Source: a virus (taxonomy: Duplodnaviria > Caudoviricetes). Taken from it: a stretch of DNA of 59,090 nucleotides. Where the stretch lies: positions 1-59,090 of the IMG/VR virus record IMGVR_UViG_3300029309_000035; one strand, given 5' to 3'. The position numbers and the translations under genes were made by a program. Below the pieces are notes generated by a model. It was not told the DNA's origin. It did no database searches and worked only from the letters and a program-made list of their open reading frames with translations. Of this stretch, positions 11,701-18,373 are shown one piece after another; the stretch's first letter is position 1; each line of letters starts with the position of its first letter.

Positions 11701-12560
11701 GTCCTGTTGATCCTTTTGAATATTTAAAATCAGCAGCTCGAATGGCACAAGATGCTGTGTTTAGTAATAAGCCAGTAAAAGGTGAAGAAGCTATGTATAA
11801 AATTTTTGATAGAACTCTATCACCATTTTTAGGTCCATCTATGATTGTTGAAAATTTTTTAAACTTACGTTTTAATCCTGATTCATCAGATTTTAGAACC
11901 GGAGCCATAGCTAGAGGAGTGGGTGGAGCACTTTATAAAACATTTGAACCTGGTTTTGTATCTAATTTAAGAAAAAATTTACAGGCCTATAAAAGTAGAC
12001 AGTTAAGGGGCGATGAATATGGTGTCTATGATAAAGGACTACGATCAATTCCTGATGGTGATATAGATCTTATGGCTCACTTAGGAATAAGAAGGCAACG
12101 ATTTGATATGACATCTTCTATACCATATAATTTTACACCGACGTTAAGATCCTACAGTCGTCCAGACACAAAATTAAAACAACTGTTGAGAAGTAGTGTG
12201 GGTGGACAGTTTGATCCTATTCGTCCTGTAACTCAAGAAAGAATTTATGATGCATACGTACGAGCACAAAAAAATAGACTTGTAGATCAACAAAAATTAA
12301 GAGGATTAATTAAAGATTATAAAGCCATGGGTTTTGATTTGCCAGATATTATTGCATCATTTAGTAGATATGGAGCTTTGCCTGATAAAAAACTTGGTAA
12401 AAAAAGTAGACAAGCTTTAGAGTCATCTGATTTAAATTATTTTATTCCTGTTCCATATAGTGAAGATGTAACAGCTAGAGATATATATGGTTTACAAATA
12501 CCTTATGATCAAATGGATGATCTTTATAGATCATTGAGTAATAATAAAATAGAAAAATAA
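8778..12560 (+). CDS. large internal virion protein (T7 gp16-like position)
   Basis: 1260 aa, helical; last gene of the virion operon; SPSTHGRN and GDFLSFPAEMVR motifs. Confidence 0.6.
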   Translation: MLANYKTATFQETRKELLDNQDKGKLTQQEEIKKFLQDKGYDYQDFFNEEDRYEADYYKQQQEEQEKGAVAKQLLPESEVARPELTGLGVIDSPVRVAGRAVGEATTGLKDTIATFFPKFEEKRVEIGNFLRESLPESVQRFVYQTMDPYHGGEGLGATVEETAGKIGSYFVGYGGVTKGLQGIAKITPGARSVMTQTSRKLKRKARKAARLTGAGVRFGAAATIVEDPEENLVNVLNEQFPESFEFLEKYTIDPTDKKSKQYLDALVNNLVAEGVLTAGVATVGGLAKLYKTIRRSKTVTERFPLKDFGKKAGRLDKIAAGLSSRMGVDESTMEKLILRDNAAKSAAIKSTGLASELENSLKKIEGIDDNFLSDVVNQALQSKNTITRSVDGRRFETGTDALEALRQKSPEAANIVKEMRDNIDELSMSISDKVGGKFSATIDNNLKTYLNTSYKIFDNPEYRQQILKRVKNLKDDDEVVQNAMIYMREKLGSEATEELAQKELIELLTDKGSREFFKSLSGAKGYNLFGSSKPTKPKLTDFDNRLKALYGEVKNPFRNYLNTFNKLSVIKAEQDFLDELASDLVSRNIAKVSPSGRVDDGLVSVEDAAKARLDKIFGKNLTEGKKLNILDESNREIISSFVTQPNVKNPFKDVYVNENYVKAISEGLNMLEQPSGNPIMKAYDYFLKAKGLSQVMKTIYSPSTHGRNVMGNVMIMGANGMIPFGKQGSQAFADLGKRFAGVSNKELGERLARYSELGITDSGVGLGTIKDNLNMFLSEPDKWLDKSIVQKTKSAPSTFNKKLFQLYQAEDDIFKIMHFEKTKDYLKKAFPNKNISEIESLAASRTRDLMPNYALVPKYFKQLRGFPVGDFLSFPAEMVRISKNLIKYTLDDLSSGNFELTKQGAKRLAGLTTVGISGDYLKNKSMMLMNINKDQDEAINNTIPYYEQDYSRIYLSPIQKRKDGSVVVDYVNLGPVDPFEYLKSAARMAQDAVFSNKPVKGEEAMYKIFDRTLSPFLGPSMIVENFLNLRFNPDSSDFRTGAIARGVGGALYKTFEPGFVSNLRKNLQAYKSRQLRGDEYGVYDKGLRSIPDGDIDLMAHLGIRRQRFDMTSSIPYNFTPTLRSYSRPDTKLKQLLRSSVGGQFDPIRPVTQERIYDAYVRAQKNRLVDQQKLRGLIKDYKAMGFDLPDIIASFSRYGALPDKKLGKKSRQALESSDLNYFIPVPYSEDVTARDIYGLQIPYDQMDDLYRSLSNNKIEK

Positions 12561-12587
12561 CACTCTGTCAAAATGTTGACATAACAG

Positions 12588-12616
12588 TTGACACTATAAA
12601 TAAATAACTATATATC
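12588..12616 (+). promoter_or_regulatory. sigma70-like promoter for the glycosyltransferase operon
   Basis: TTGACA (12588-93), 17 bp, TATATC (12611-16); preceded by palindrome TGTCAA-N4-TTGACA at 12566-81. Confidence 0.5.
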
Positions 12617-12623
12617 TATACAA

Positions 12624-13409
12624 ATGAAAGATGTCCATGTGGCGATCGGTTGGGACTCCCGTGAAATAGATGCTTATCAAGTATGTGAACATTCACTTGT
12701 AAGACGTTCATCTATACCGGTAGCTGTAACACCCCTTATGCATAACAATCTACGATACTTTAGATTATTTAATCGTGAGTGGCGGATTGATAAAAAAGGA
12801 CAACACTGGGATGTGGAGGACAATGCTCCTTTTTCGACAGAGTTTAGTCACACTCGTTTTCTTGTGCCAGAATTAGCCAGACGTAATAAAGTAAAAGGCT
12901 GGGTAATCTTTTGTGATTGTGATTTCTTATGGCTTGATGATATAAAAAATTTACTGGATGAACTTGATGATAGTTACCCTGTATGTGCAGTTCATTTTAA
13001 TTATGAACCCGAAAGCAATACAAAGATGGACAACAAGATACAAACAAAATACAACTGTAAATTGTGGTCTTCTCTCATGGCTTTTAATATGAATCACAAA
13101 GCCAATAAAAAACTTACACATAGTGCTGTTAACGAAATGAAAGGTCTTGATCTTCATCAGTTTGCTTGGTTACCAAAGGGGCCTGGTAGTGTAGGAGAGA
13201 TAAACCCACGATGGAATTATGTTCCAGGCATTATGGGAGAAAACACACCACTTCAACCCTCAGCTGTTCATTTTTCTTTGGGCGGTCCGTGGATGAAGGG
13301 CTTTAAAGATTGTGAGTTTTCAGACAAATGGTTTGCTGAAAGAGCACACAGAGAATATCAAACAGGAGATACATTAAAGGATATGAAATGTCTACATTTT
13401 CACTTGTAA
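12624..13409 (+). CDS. GT-A fold glycosyltransferase (GT8-like)
   Basis: IGWDSRE, STEFSHTRFLVP, FCDCD (DxD), WSSLM, HFSLGGPW motifs. Confidence 0.8.
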   Translation: MKDVHVAIGWDSREIDAYQVCEHSLVRRSSIPVAVTPLMHNNLRYFRLFNREWRIDKKGQHWDVEDNAPFSTEFSHTRFLVPELARRNKVKGWVIFCDCDFLWLDDIKNLLDELDDSYPVCAVHFNYEPESNTKMDNKIQTKYNCKLWSSLMAFNMNHKANKKLTHSAVNEMKGLDLHQFAWLPKGPGSVGEINPRWNYVPGIMGENTPLQPSAVHFSLGGPWMKGFKDCEFSDKWFAERAHREYQTGDTLKDMKCLHFHL

Positions 13410-15019
13410 CATCATTTAGAGGCGACCATTGGAATATCTATGCCAAAGATTGTATAGAAAGTTTTATCAAACACTGGCCTGAAGACACCAAACTTTATGC
13501 TTATTATAATGATTGGCCCGAACGTGGTCTTCAATCGTACGATCCCAAAAGAGTAGAGTTTATAGATCTTATGGGTGCCTCCCAAGAGCTATGTGAATTT
13601 TTTAAAAAATTTAAAAGTCCAAAAGACACACCCAACTGGAGAACAGATGTTAAACGATGGGCATACAAAGTCTATACCGAATATGAGTTCTTTGTAAAGA
13701 ATCCACCAAAGTGTGATGTAGGTATATGGATTGATGCTGATACTGTAACATACAATGACATACCCAAAGCTAAGCTTGAAGAGTGGATGCCTAAAGATAA
13801 AGATATAGCTGTGCTTGGTCGTGAAGCTGTAAATTATATTGAAGCTGGTTTTGTTATGATGCAGATGACAGAACTTAATAAAGCTTTGTTTGCAGATTTA
13901 TTTGGAGTGTGGAACTCTGGTGAAATCTACAACTACAAAGAATGGCATGATGCGTTTGTGTTTACTAGAATCATGAATCTACATCAAGCACATGGTTTAC
14001 AGATAAATAATCTGTCACCTCATTGTGCTGACCTCAATGCATTCGAAGCCTCACCCCTTGTGAGATACATGTATCACAACAAAGGTCTACTTAAATTTAA
14101 ACAAGAACAAGCTGGTCAAGAACCGCCACAAACAAAAGTCAAAGCAACAAAGACAGAAGAATCAACTAAGAAACCTATCGTTGTTACACCACAGGACTGC
14201 ATGCCTATAGAAGATATTCGTATGAATATTCTTACAAATGCTAAACGTCTGCCAATATCCATAACAAAACGGTGTCAATGGAATGATGAAGAAGTAGCTA
14301 TTGTGTCGGCCGGCCCGTCACTTAAAAAAAGTTTTAGAGAGATACAACAATTACAAAACAGAGGAGTAAGAATTGTATGTGTTAAACACAGTCACAATAC
14401 TCTCCTTGAAAATAATATCCAACCGTGGGCTTGTACAATATTAGATCCAAGACCCTTCAATGAAAAATCTACACATGGTTATGTACGTAAAGAATTGTTA
14501 GCTGAGCCACATCCACGAGTAATGTATTGGGTAGCAACTATGTCTAACCCCGATGTGGTTACACACTTGCTTGATAAGAAAGCAAAGGTTGTAGCTTGGG
14601 ATGCTTATTGTAATGCAATAGAAGGATGGGACTTTTTCAAAGATAGACTGCTTATCACGGGTGGTACATGTGCCGGTATGAGATCAATAGGATTATTACA
14701 CACCCTTGGTTTTAGAACTATGCATCTATATGGTTTTGATTCGTGTATTGAAGGTGAACCAGAAAACAAGGATGAGTTAGCTGAAGACGGTCGTAAGAAA
14801 TGGTTGAAGGTATCGGTTGGTGAAGACAACAAACCATACTGGACAACGGGTGAATTACTGGCTCAAGCTCAAGACTTTGAAAAGCTTATGCAAAGAGAAG
14901 AGATAGATCTTGATATTCATGTTCATGGTGATGGGTTAGTTAAAGCATTATGGGACGACGGATTAAAAGATAAGATAGAAAAAACAACATACAAGGAGAT
15001 CTTCGATGACATCCCGTAA
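13388..15019 (+). CDS. two-domain glycosyltransferase: N-terminal GT-A plus C-terminal MptE/Maf (DUF115)-like domain
   Basis: WIDAD DxD motif and EWHDAFVF in the N-half; VAIVSAGPSL...LGFRTMHLYGFDS in the C-half. Confidence 0.7.
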   Translation: MSTFSLVTSFRGDHWNIYAKDCIESFIKHWPEDTKLYAYYNDWPERGLQSYDPKRVEFIDLMGASQELCEFFKKFKSPKDTPNWRTDVKRWAYKVYTEYEFFVKNPPKCDVGIWIDADTVTYNDIPKAKLEEWMPKDKDIAVLGREAVNYIEAGFVMMQMTELNKALFADLFGVWNSGEIYNYKEWHDAFVFTRIMNLHQAHGLQINNLSPHCADLNAFEASPLVRYMYHNKGLLKFKQEQAGQEPPQTKVKATKTEESTKKPIVVTPQDCMPIEDIRMNILTNAKRLPISITKRCQWNDEEVAIVSAGPSLKKSFREIQQLQNRGVRIVCVKHSHNTLLENNIQPWACTILDPRPFNEKSTHGYVRKELLAEPHPRVMYWVATMSNPDVVTHLLDKKAKVVAWDAYCNAIEGWDFFKDRLLITGGTCAGMRSIGLLHTLGFRTMHLYGFDSCIEGEPENKDELAEDGRKKWLKVSVGEDNKPYWTTGELLAQAQDFEKLMQREEIDLDIHVHGDGLVKALWDDGLKDKIEKTTYKEIFDDIP

Positions 15020-15914
15020 AGTAGTAGGAGTATTTTTAAACTCTGCCACACATCAACCTCACGTTAATACACTCACAGCCATGACTCATGGTATTAGAGA
15101 GACAACAGATAACCTTGTTTTCTTATCTAACTCTACGAAGTATATGGATTGTGATGTGGCTATCATCTTTGGGTCATGGAAAGACAGACATACGCAACAT
15201 CACATTTTAAAAAATGATGTCGTAAATAATCACAAAGGTGATTTATTAGTAGTTGAGACTCCGTTACTTGGCAGAACTATAACAGAAGATCATAGATACT
15301 ACAGAGTGGGTAAAGGACATTACATGGACTCACTGGGATACTTTAATAATAAAAACTCTGATAAAGATAGATGGGGTATTATTAGAACTGATCTTAGCCT
15401 TGATGTAAAAGACTGGAGAAAAGATGGTAAACATATAATGTTTCTTATGCAACTACCAGGAGATGCGGCAACAGCTGATGTTGATATTCTTAAATGGTTA
15501 CAAGATGAAATAGTAAAGTGTAAAAAAATATCTGACAGACCTGTTAGAGTTCGTATGCATCCGTTAATATCATCTTATGACCTATCTAAATTTGAAGAGT
15601 TTGTGGAGAAACAAAAAGATGTTAGCATGGTGTTCGGACATAAAGATCCGATTGCAATGGATCTGGAAAACTGTTGGGCGACGGTTGCCTTTACAAGTGG
15701 AGGGGCTGTGGATAGTTTGCTTGCTGGTATCCCTGTTATTACACCTAGTCCTCTTAACTTTGCTTATCCAATATCATCCCATTCCATAGATGATGTAGAG
15801 AATCCAAAGATGGAAGACCGTCAACAGCTACTTAATGATCTAGCTTACACACAATGGACCGTGACCGAGATGGCTCATGGTCTACCTTACAAACATTTAC
15901 TAGCCAATGACTGA
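15006..15914 (+). CDS. capsular polysaccharide synthesis (KpsS/KpsC-like, GT-B) protein
   Basis: MQLPGD, RVRMHP (HP motif), S..AVDSLLAGIPV, LAYTQWT motifs. Confidence 0.65.
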   Translation: MTSRKVVGVFLNSATHQPHVNTLTAMTHGIRETTDNLVFLSNSTKYMDCDVAIIFGSWKDRHTQHHILKNDVVNNHKGDLLVVETPLLGRTITEDHRYYRVGKGHYMDSLGYFNNKNSDKDRWGIIRTDLSLDVKDWRKDGKHIMFLMQLPGDAATADVDILKWLQDEIVKCKKISDRPVRVRMHPLISSYDLSKFEEFVEKQKDVSMVFGHKDPIAMDLENCWATVAFTSGGAVDSLLAGIPVITPSPLNFAYPISSHSIDDVENPKMEDRQQLLNDLAYTQWTVTEMAHGLPYKHLLAND

Positions 15915-16224
15915 TAATAAAGATAAAGACAAAGAAGATGTCGTTGTAAACTTATTTAAAGATAAAGATGAGCACATCATGACAACAGGTGCAGCTCAAC
16001 AAATACCAACGGAACACTTTACAAAATTAGTTATTGATCAGATTGATCGTGTAAAAGATGATGCTAATAAACATAAGGCTGTCGGTGTTATTGCGGTGTT
16101 GTTTGATGATAAAGGACCTCTGTCTGATTATTTTGCCGGTAGTGTTAACTTACATATGGCCTATGTTTTGATGGACCAACTAAAGAATGTTATACTAGAG
16201 AAACTTGAAGAAGGGACAGAGTAA
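15907..16224 (+). CDS. hypothetical protein
   Basis: coupled ORF of 105 aa. Confidence 0.6.
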   Translation: MTDNKDKDKEDVVVNLFKDKDEHIMTTGAAQQIPTEHFTKLVIDQIDRVKDDANKHKAVGVIAVLFDDKGPLSDYFAGSVNLHMAYVLMDQLKNVILEKLEEGTE

Positions 16225-16634
16225 TGTTAACAGCATTGATAGGTCCAGTTACTGGTCTACTGGATAAATTTATAGAAGACAAAGATCAAAAAGCTAGGTT
16301 GGCTCATGACATTGCTACCATGTCAGAGAAACATGCTAATGCTCTAGCTAAAGAACAGGCCAAAGCTAATACTGAAGCAGCTAAACATCCGAGTATGTTT
16401 GTTGCCGGAGCACGTCCAGCTATCATGTGGGTGTGTGCTATTGGTTTGTTTGTAAACTTTTTTATATTACCGTTAATGACTTGGTTCACAGCCTTGTTTG
16501 CACCAGAAATAAATATGCCAAACTTTGTGGACACAGGTGAACTCATCTCTCTAACCATTGCCTTACTGGGAATGGGTGGACTCCGTAGTTGGGAAAAGAC
16601 AAAAGGGGTTGCCAGAGAGAACATGAAGAAGTAA
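16224..16634 (+). CDS. holin of the 3TM (GTA-release) family
   Basis: LIGPVTGLLDKFIEDKD, FVAGARPAIMWVC, LLGMGGLRSWEK motifs. Confidence 0.8.
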   Translation: MLTALIGPVTGLLDKFIEDKDQKARLAHDIATMSEKHANALAKEQAKANTEAAKHPSMFVAGARPAIMWVCAIGLFVNFFILPLMTWFTALFAPEINMPNFVDTGELISLTIALLGMGGLRSWEKTKGVARENMKK

Positions 16635-16637
16635 TAT
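16609..16637 (+). promoter_or_regulatory. sigma70-like promoter upstream of pqqA
   Basis: TTGCCA (16609-14), 17 bp, TAATAT (16632-37). Confidence 0.6.
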
Positions 16638-16710
16638 ATAAATATCAGTGGACTGCGGTCATTCGATGGCAACCAGCACTGTTTGTTAACCATAACAAAT
16701 GGAGTTGACT

Positions 16711-16785
16711 ATGTGGTCTAAACCAATAATCACAGAAATAGCAATCGGTCTTGAGATCAATAGCTATGCATGTGCAGAGAAATAG
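16711..16785 (+). CDS. pqqA: pyrroloquinoline quinone precursor peptide (MWSKPIITEIAIGLEINSYACAEK)
   Basis: translated by hand; W-x-K-P N-terminus and G-x-E-x-x-x-Y core of PqqA; GGAG RBS at 16701-04; below the ORF-track size cutoff. Confidence 0.9.
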   Translation: MWSKPIITEIAIGLEINSYACAEK

Positions 16786-16815
16786 TATGGTGGGAGCCTT
16801 AGTGCTCCCCCTATT
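16781..16815 (+). terminator. hairpin immediately after pqqA (terminator or stabiliser)
   Basis: GGGAGC-CTTAGT-GCTCCC core (16792-16809), extended by AATAG/CTATT. Confidence 0.45.
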
Positions 16816-17071
16816 ACTTTCGTTCTGCGATCCTGTTCTTGCCACCAAGGGTAGGCTGTACGATCAACGCAACCAATACTTTGTAACTTGTAGATTACAC
16901 AAAGAGAAAAGAGTTGAACCTTTTTTTGGGGAAGATTCTGTCAAATGCTTTTATACCTGTACCGATAAAGATAATATAGTTATAACAACACACAGTGATC
17001 ATGTGTGTGAAAAACAAATACAAACTCCAAGGGGAGATCAAAGGGATTGGCGAAACAGATTGAAGTATTAA
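16787..17071 (+). CDS. small Cys-containing, probably exported protein
   Basis: ATG 1 nt after the pqqA stop; hydrophobic N-terminus ending VLA; four further Cys. Confidence 0.55.
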   Translation: MVGALVLPLLLSFCDPVLATKGRLYDQRNQYFVTCRLHKEKRVEPFFGEDSVKCFYTCTDKDNIVITTHSDHVCEKQIQTPRGDQRDWRNRLKY

Positions 17072-17211
17072 CCTTACAAGATTGTAGTGGAGAAAGATTT
17101 CCAGTAAAAAAATGTAGTCGTGCAGCTTATAAAAGTCCAGTAGTTTATTATGGTAAAAAAATTTCAAAGAGTAGAATACAATCCAATAAAGAAAACAAAG
17201 AGAAGATATAA
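17047..17211 (+). CDS. small hypothetical protein (54 aa, TTG start)
   Basis: hand-translated ORF MAKQIEVLTLQDCSGERFP...; GGAG upstream. Confidence 0.35.
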   Translation: MAKQIEVLTLQDCSGERFPVKKCSRAAYKSPVVYYGKKISKSRIQSNKENKEKI

Positions 17212-17269
17212 GAAGCTGGGTCTTAGACATCGAAAACAACTAGGACCTAAATCACATCTAAGGAGTTAA
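17150..17269 (+). CDS. small basic peptide (39 aa)
   Basis: MVKKFQRVEYNPIKKTKRRYKKLGLRHRKQLGPKSHLRS; ends immediately before the terminator. Confidence 0.4.
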   Translation: MVKKFQRVEYNPIKKTKRRYKKLGLRHRKQLGPKSHLRS

Positions 17270-17303
17270 ATCTCTAGAGGTTTACGGTCCCACCTCTAGA
17301 GAT
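17270..17303. terminator. bidirectional terminator between convergent operons
   Basis: perfect 12-bp stem ATCTCTAGAGGT/ACCTCTAGAGAT with a 10-nt loop. Confidence 0.75.
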
Positions 17304-17330
17304 CCTTTTGACGACGTTGTTTCAATTAAG

Positions 17331-17358
17331 AGTATATATTATTTTGTAGCTTGGTCAA
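17331..17358 (-). promoter_or_regulatory. leftward sigma70-like promoter
   Basis: minus strand TTGACC, 16 bp, TATACT. Confidence 0.5.
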
Positions 17359-17364
17359 GTATAA

Positions 17365-17715
17365 TTATATCTTCCATTCACTACCATAGTTGTGCTCAAT
17401 CCTTATTATATCGTTTTCATCTAGTTTTTCACCTTCCCAAACCTCGAATATCCTTAGATGCCCATTAGAAGCCCTTACACAATGAAGAGTATTTTTGGGG
17501 ATATAAACCCTATGACCACGTGTAAATGTCCACCAGTGGTCTCCTATGAGGGTCGTTGCTTCGCCTTCCATGATTTTCCAGTGCTCATTTCTATATTTAT
17601 GGTACTGAACGGACATTGCCTTGCCGGGATAGACATGTAACATCTTTGTCACCATTTTTGAAGTAGATTTTAACACACGATAAGTACCCCAAGGTCTAAC
17701 AGTTAATTTTTTCAT
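17365..17715 (-). CDS. cupin, mannose-6-phosphate isomerase type II C-terminal-like
   Basis: RPWGTY, SVQYH..R.EHW, E.DIIRI motifs of the ManC C-terminal domain. Confidence 0.85.
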   Translation of the reverse strand: MKKLTVRPWGTYRVLKSTSKMVTKMLHVYPGKAMSVQYHKYRNEHWKIMEGEATTLIGDHWWTFTRGHRVYIPKNTLHCVRASNGHLRIFEVWEGEKLDENDIIRIEHNYGSEWKI

Positions 17716-17804
17716 ACGACAGTTAAATACATTACAAAAAAAATAATTTCAATAGCTAATAAAACCAATAATATTTTTAATATAACCCATAAAAATTTAT
17801 ACAT
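17712..17804 (-). CDS. 30-aa membrane peptide
   Basis: MYKFLWVILKILLVLLAIEIIFFVMYLTVV; coupled to both neighbours. Confidence 0.45.
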   Translation of the reverse strand: MYKFLWVILKILLVLLAIEIIFFVMYLTVV

Positions 17805-18373
17805 TATTGAAATGGTGGACCCATAAACCAACATACTAAGCTGTGTCTTATACCTTCGGTCACAGCTTTGACTCTGTGTAAATAAAAAGATGGAAATATA
17901 ATCATATCTCCTTTATCTTTAAATCCCTCTATCGGTTCTATCTTTCCATCCATATTTTTAATTTGTAATATACCACCCTTGTAATCCTCAAAGTTAGATA
18001 AGTTTACAATCATAGATAACTTTCTAACTAATCCCGGATAAGGGCCATCATATTCTGGTGGGTATATATCTCGGTGCCATTGATAGTGTTGTCCCTTTGT
18101 GTATTCAGTAAACTGTGGACACTGTAAGTTTGTAACATTAAATAAATAATCTTGTTTGTTTATTTCTGATGCAATTTCACATAACTTTGGAACAATCCAA
18201 TGATCAAGTGGATACCATCTTACCTTTGAGTTCCTATCTTTTTTTAGGTCAACTTCTTTTTTCCACATAACTCCGGCTAATTGCTCATCATACTTAGGAG
18301 ATTCTTTAACCATCTCATCACAGAGTTTATCAGGAACAGCTTTGGGTATAGTTACAAAAGTTTTATACATCAA
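17804..18373 (-). CDS. 2OG-Fe(II) oxygenase (prolyl-4-hydroxylase/PKHD-like)
   Basis: WHRD (HxD), RKLSM, Y.GG.L, IFPSFYLHRV..VT.G.R.SLV.W..G. Confidence 0.9.
   Translation of the reverse strand: MMYKTFVTIPKAVPDKLCDEMVKESPKYDEQLAGVMWKKEVDLKKDRNSKVRWYPLDHWIVPKLCEIASEINKQDYLFNVTNLQCPQFTEYTKGQHYQWHRDIYPPEYDGPYPGLVRKLSMIVNLSNFEDYKGGILQIKNMDGKIEPIEGFKDKGDMIIFPSFYLHRVKAVTEGIRHSLVCWFMGPPFQ

Noticed and set aside
16751-16786. TTG start for ORF 16751..17071
   Set aside because: It overlaps pqqA; ATG 16787 gives a clean signal-peptide-like N-terminus
17365-18373. Hypermodified-base pathway from the 2OG oxygenase, cupin and GTs
   Set aside because: No thymidylate synthase/hydroxymethylase, kinase, PurZ or queuosine-type genes seen; the enzyme families fit protein or glycan modification better, though this is not formally excluded
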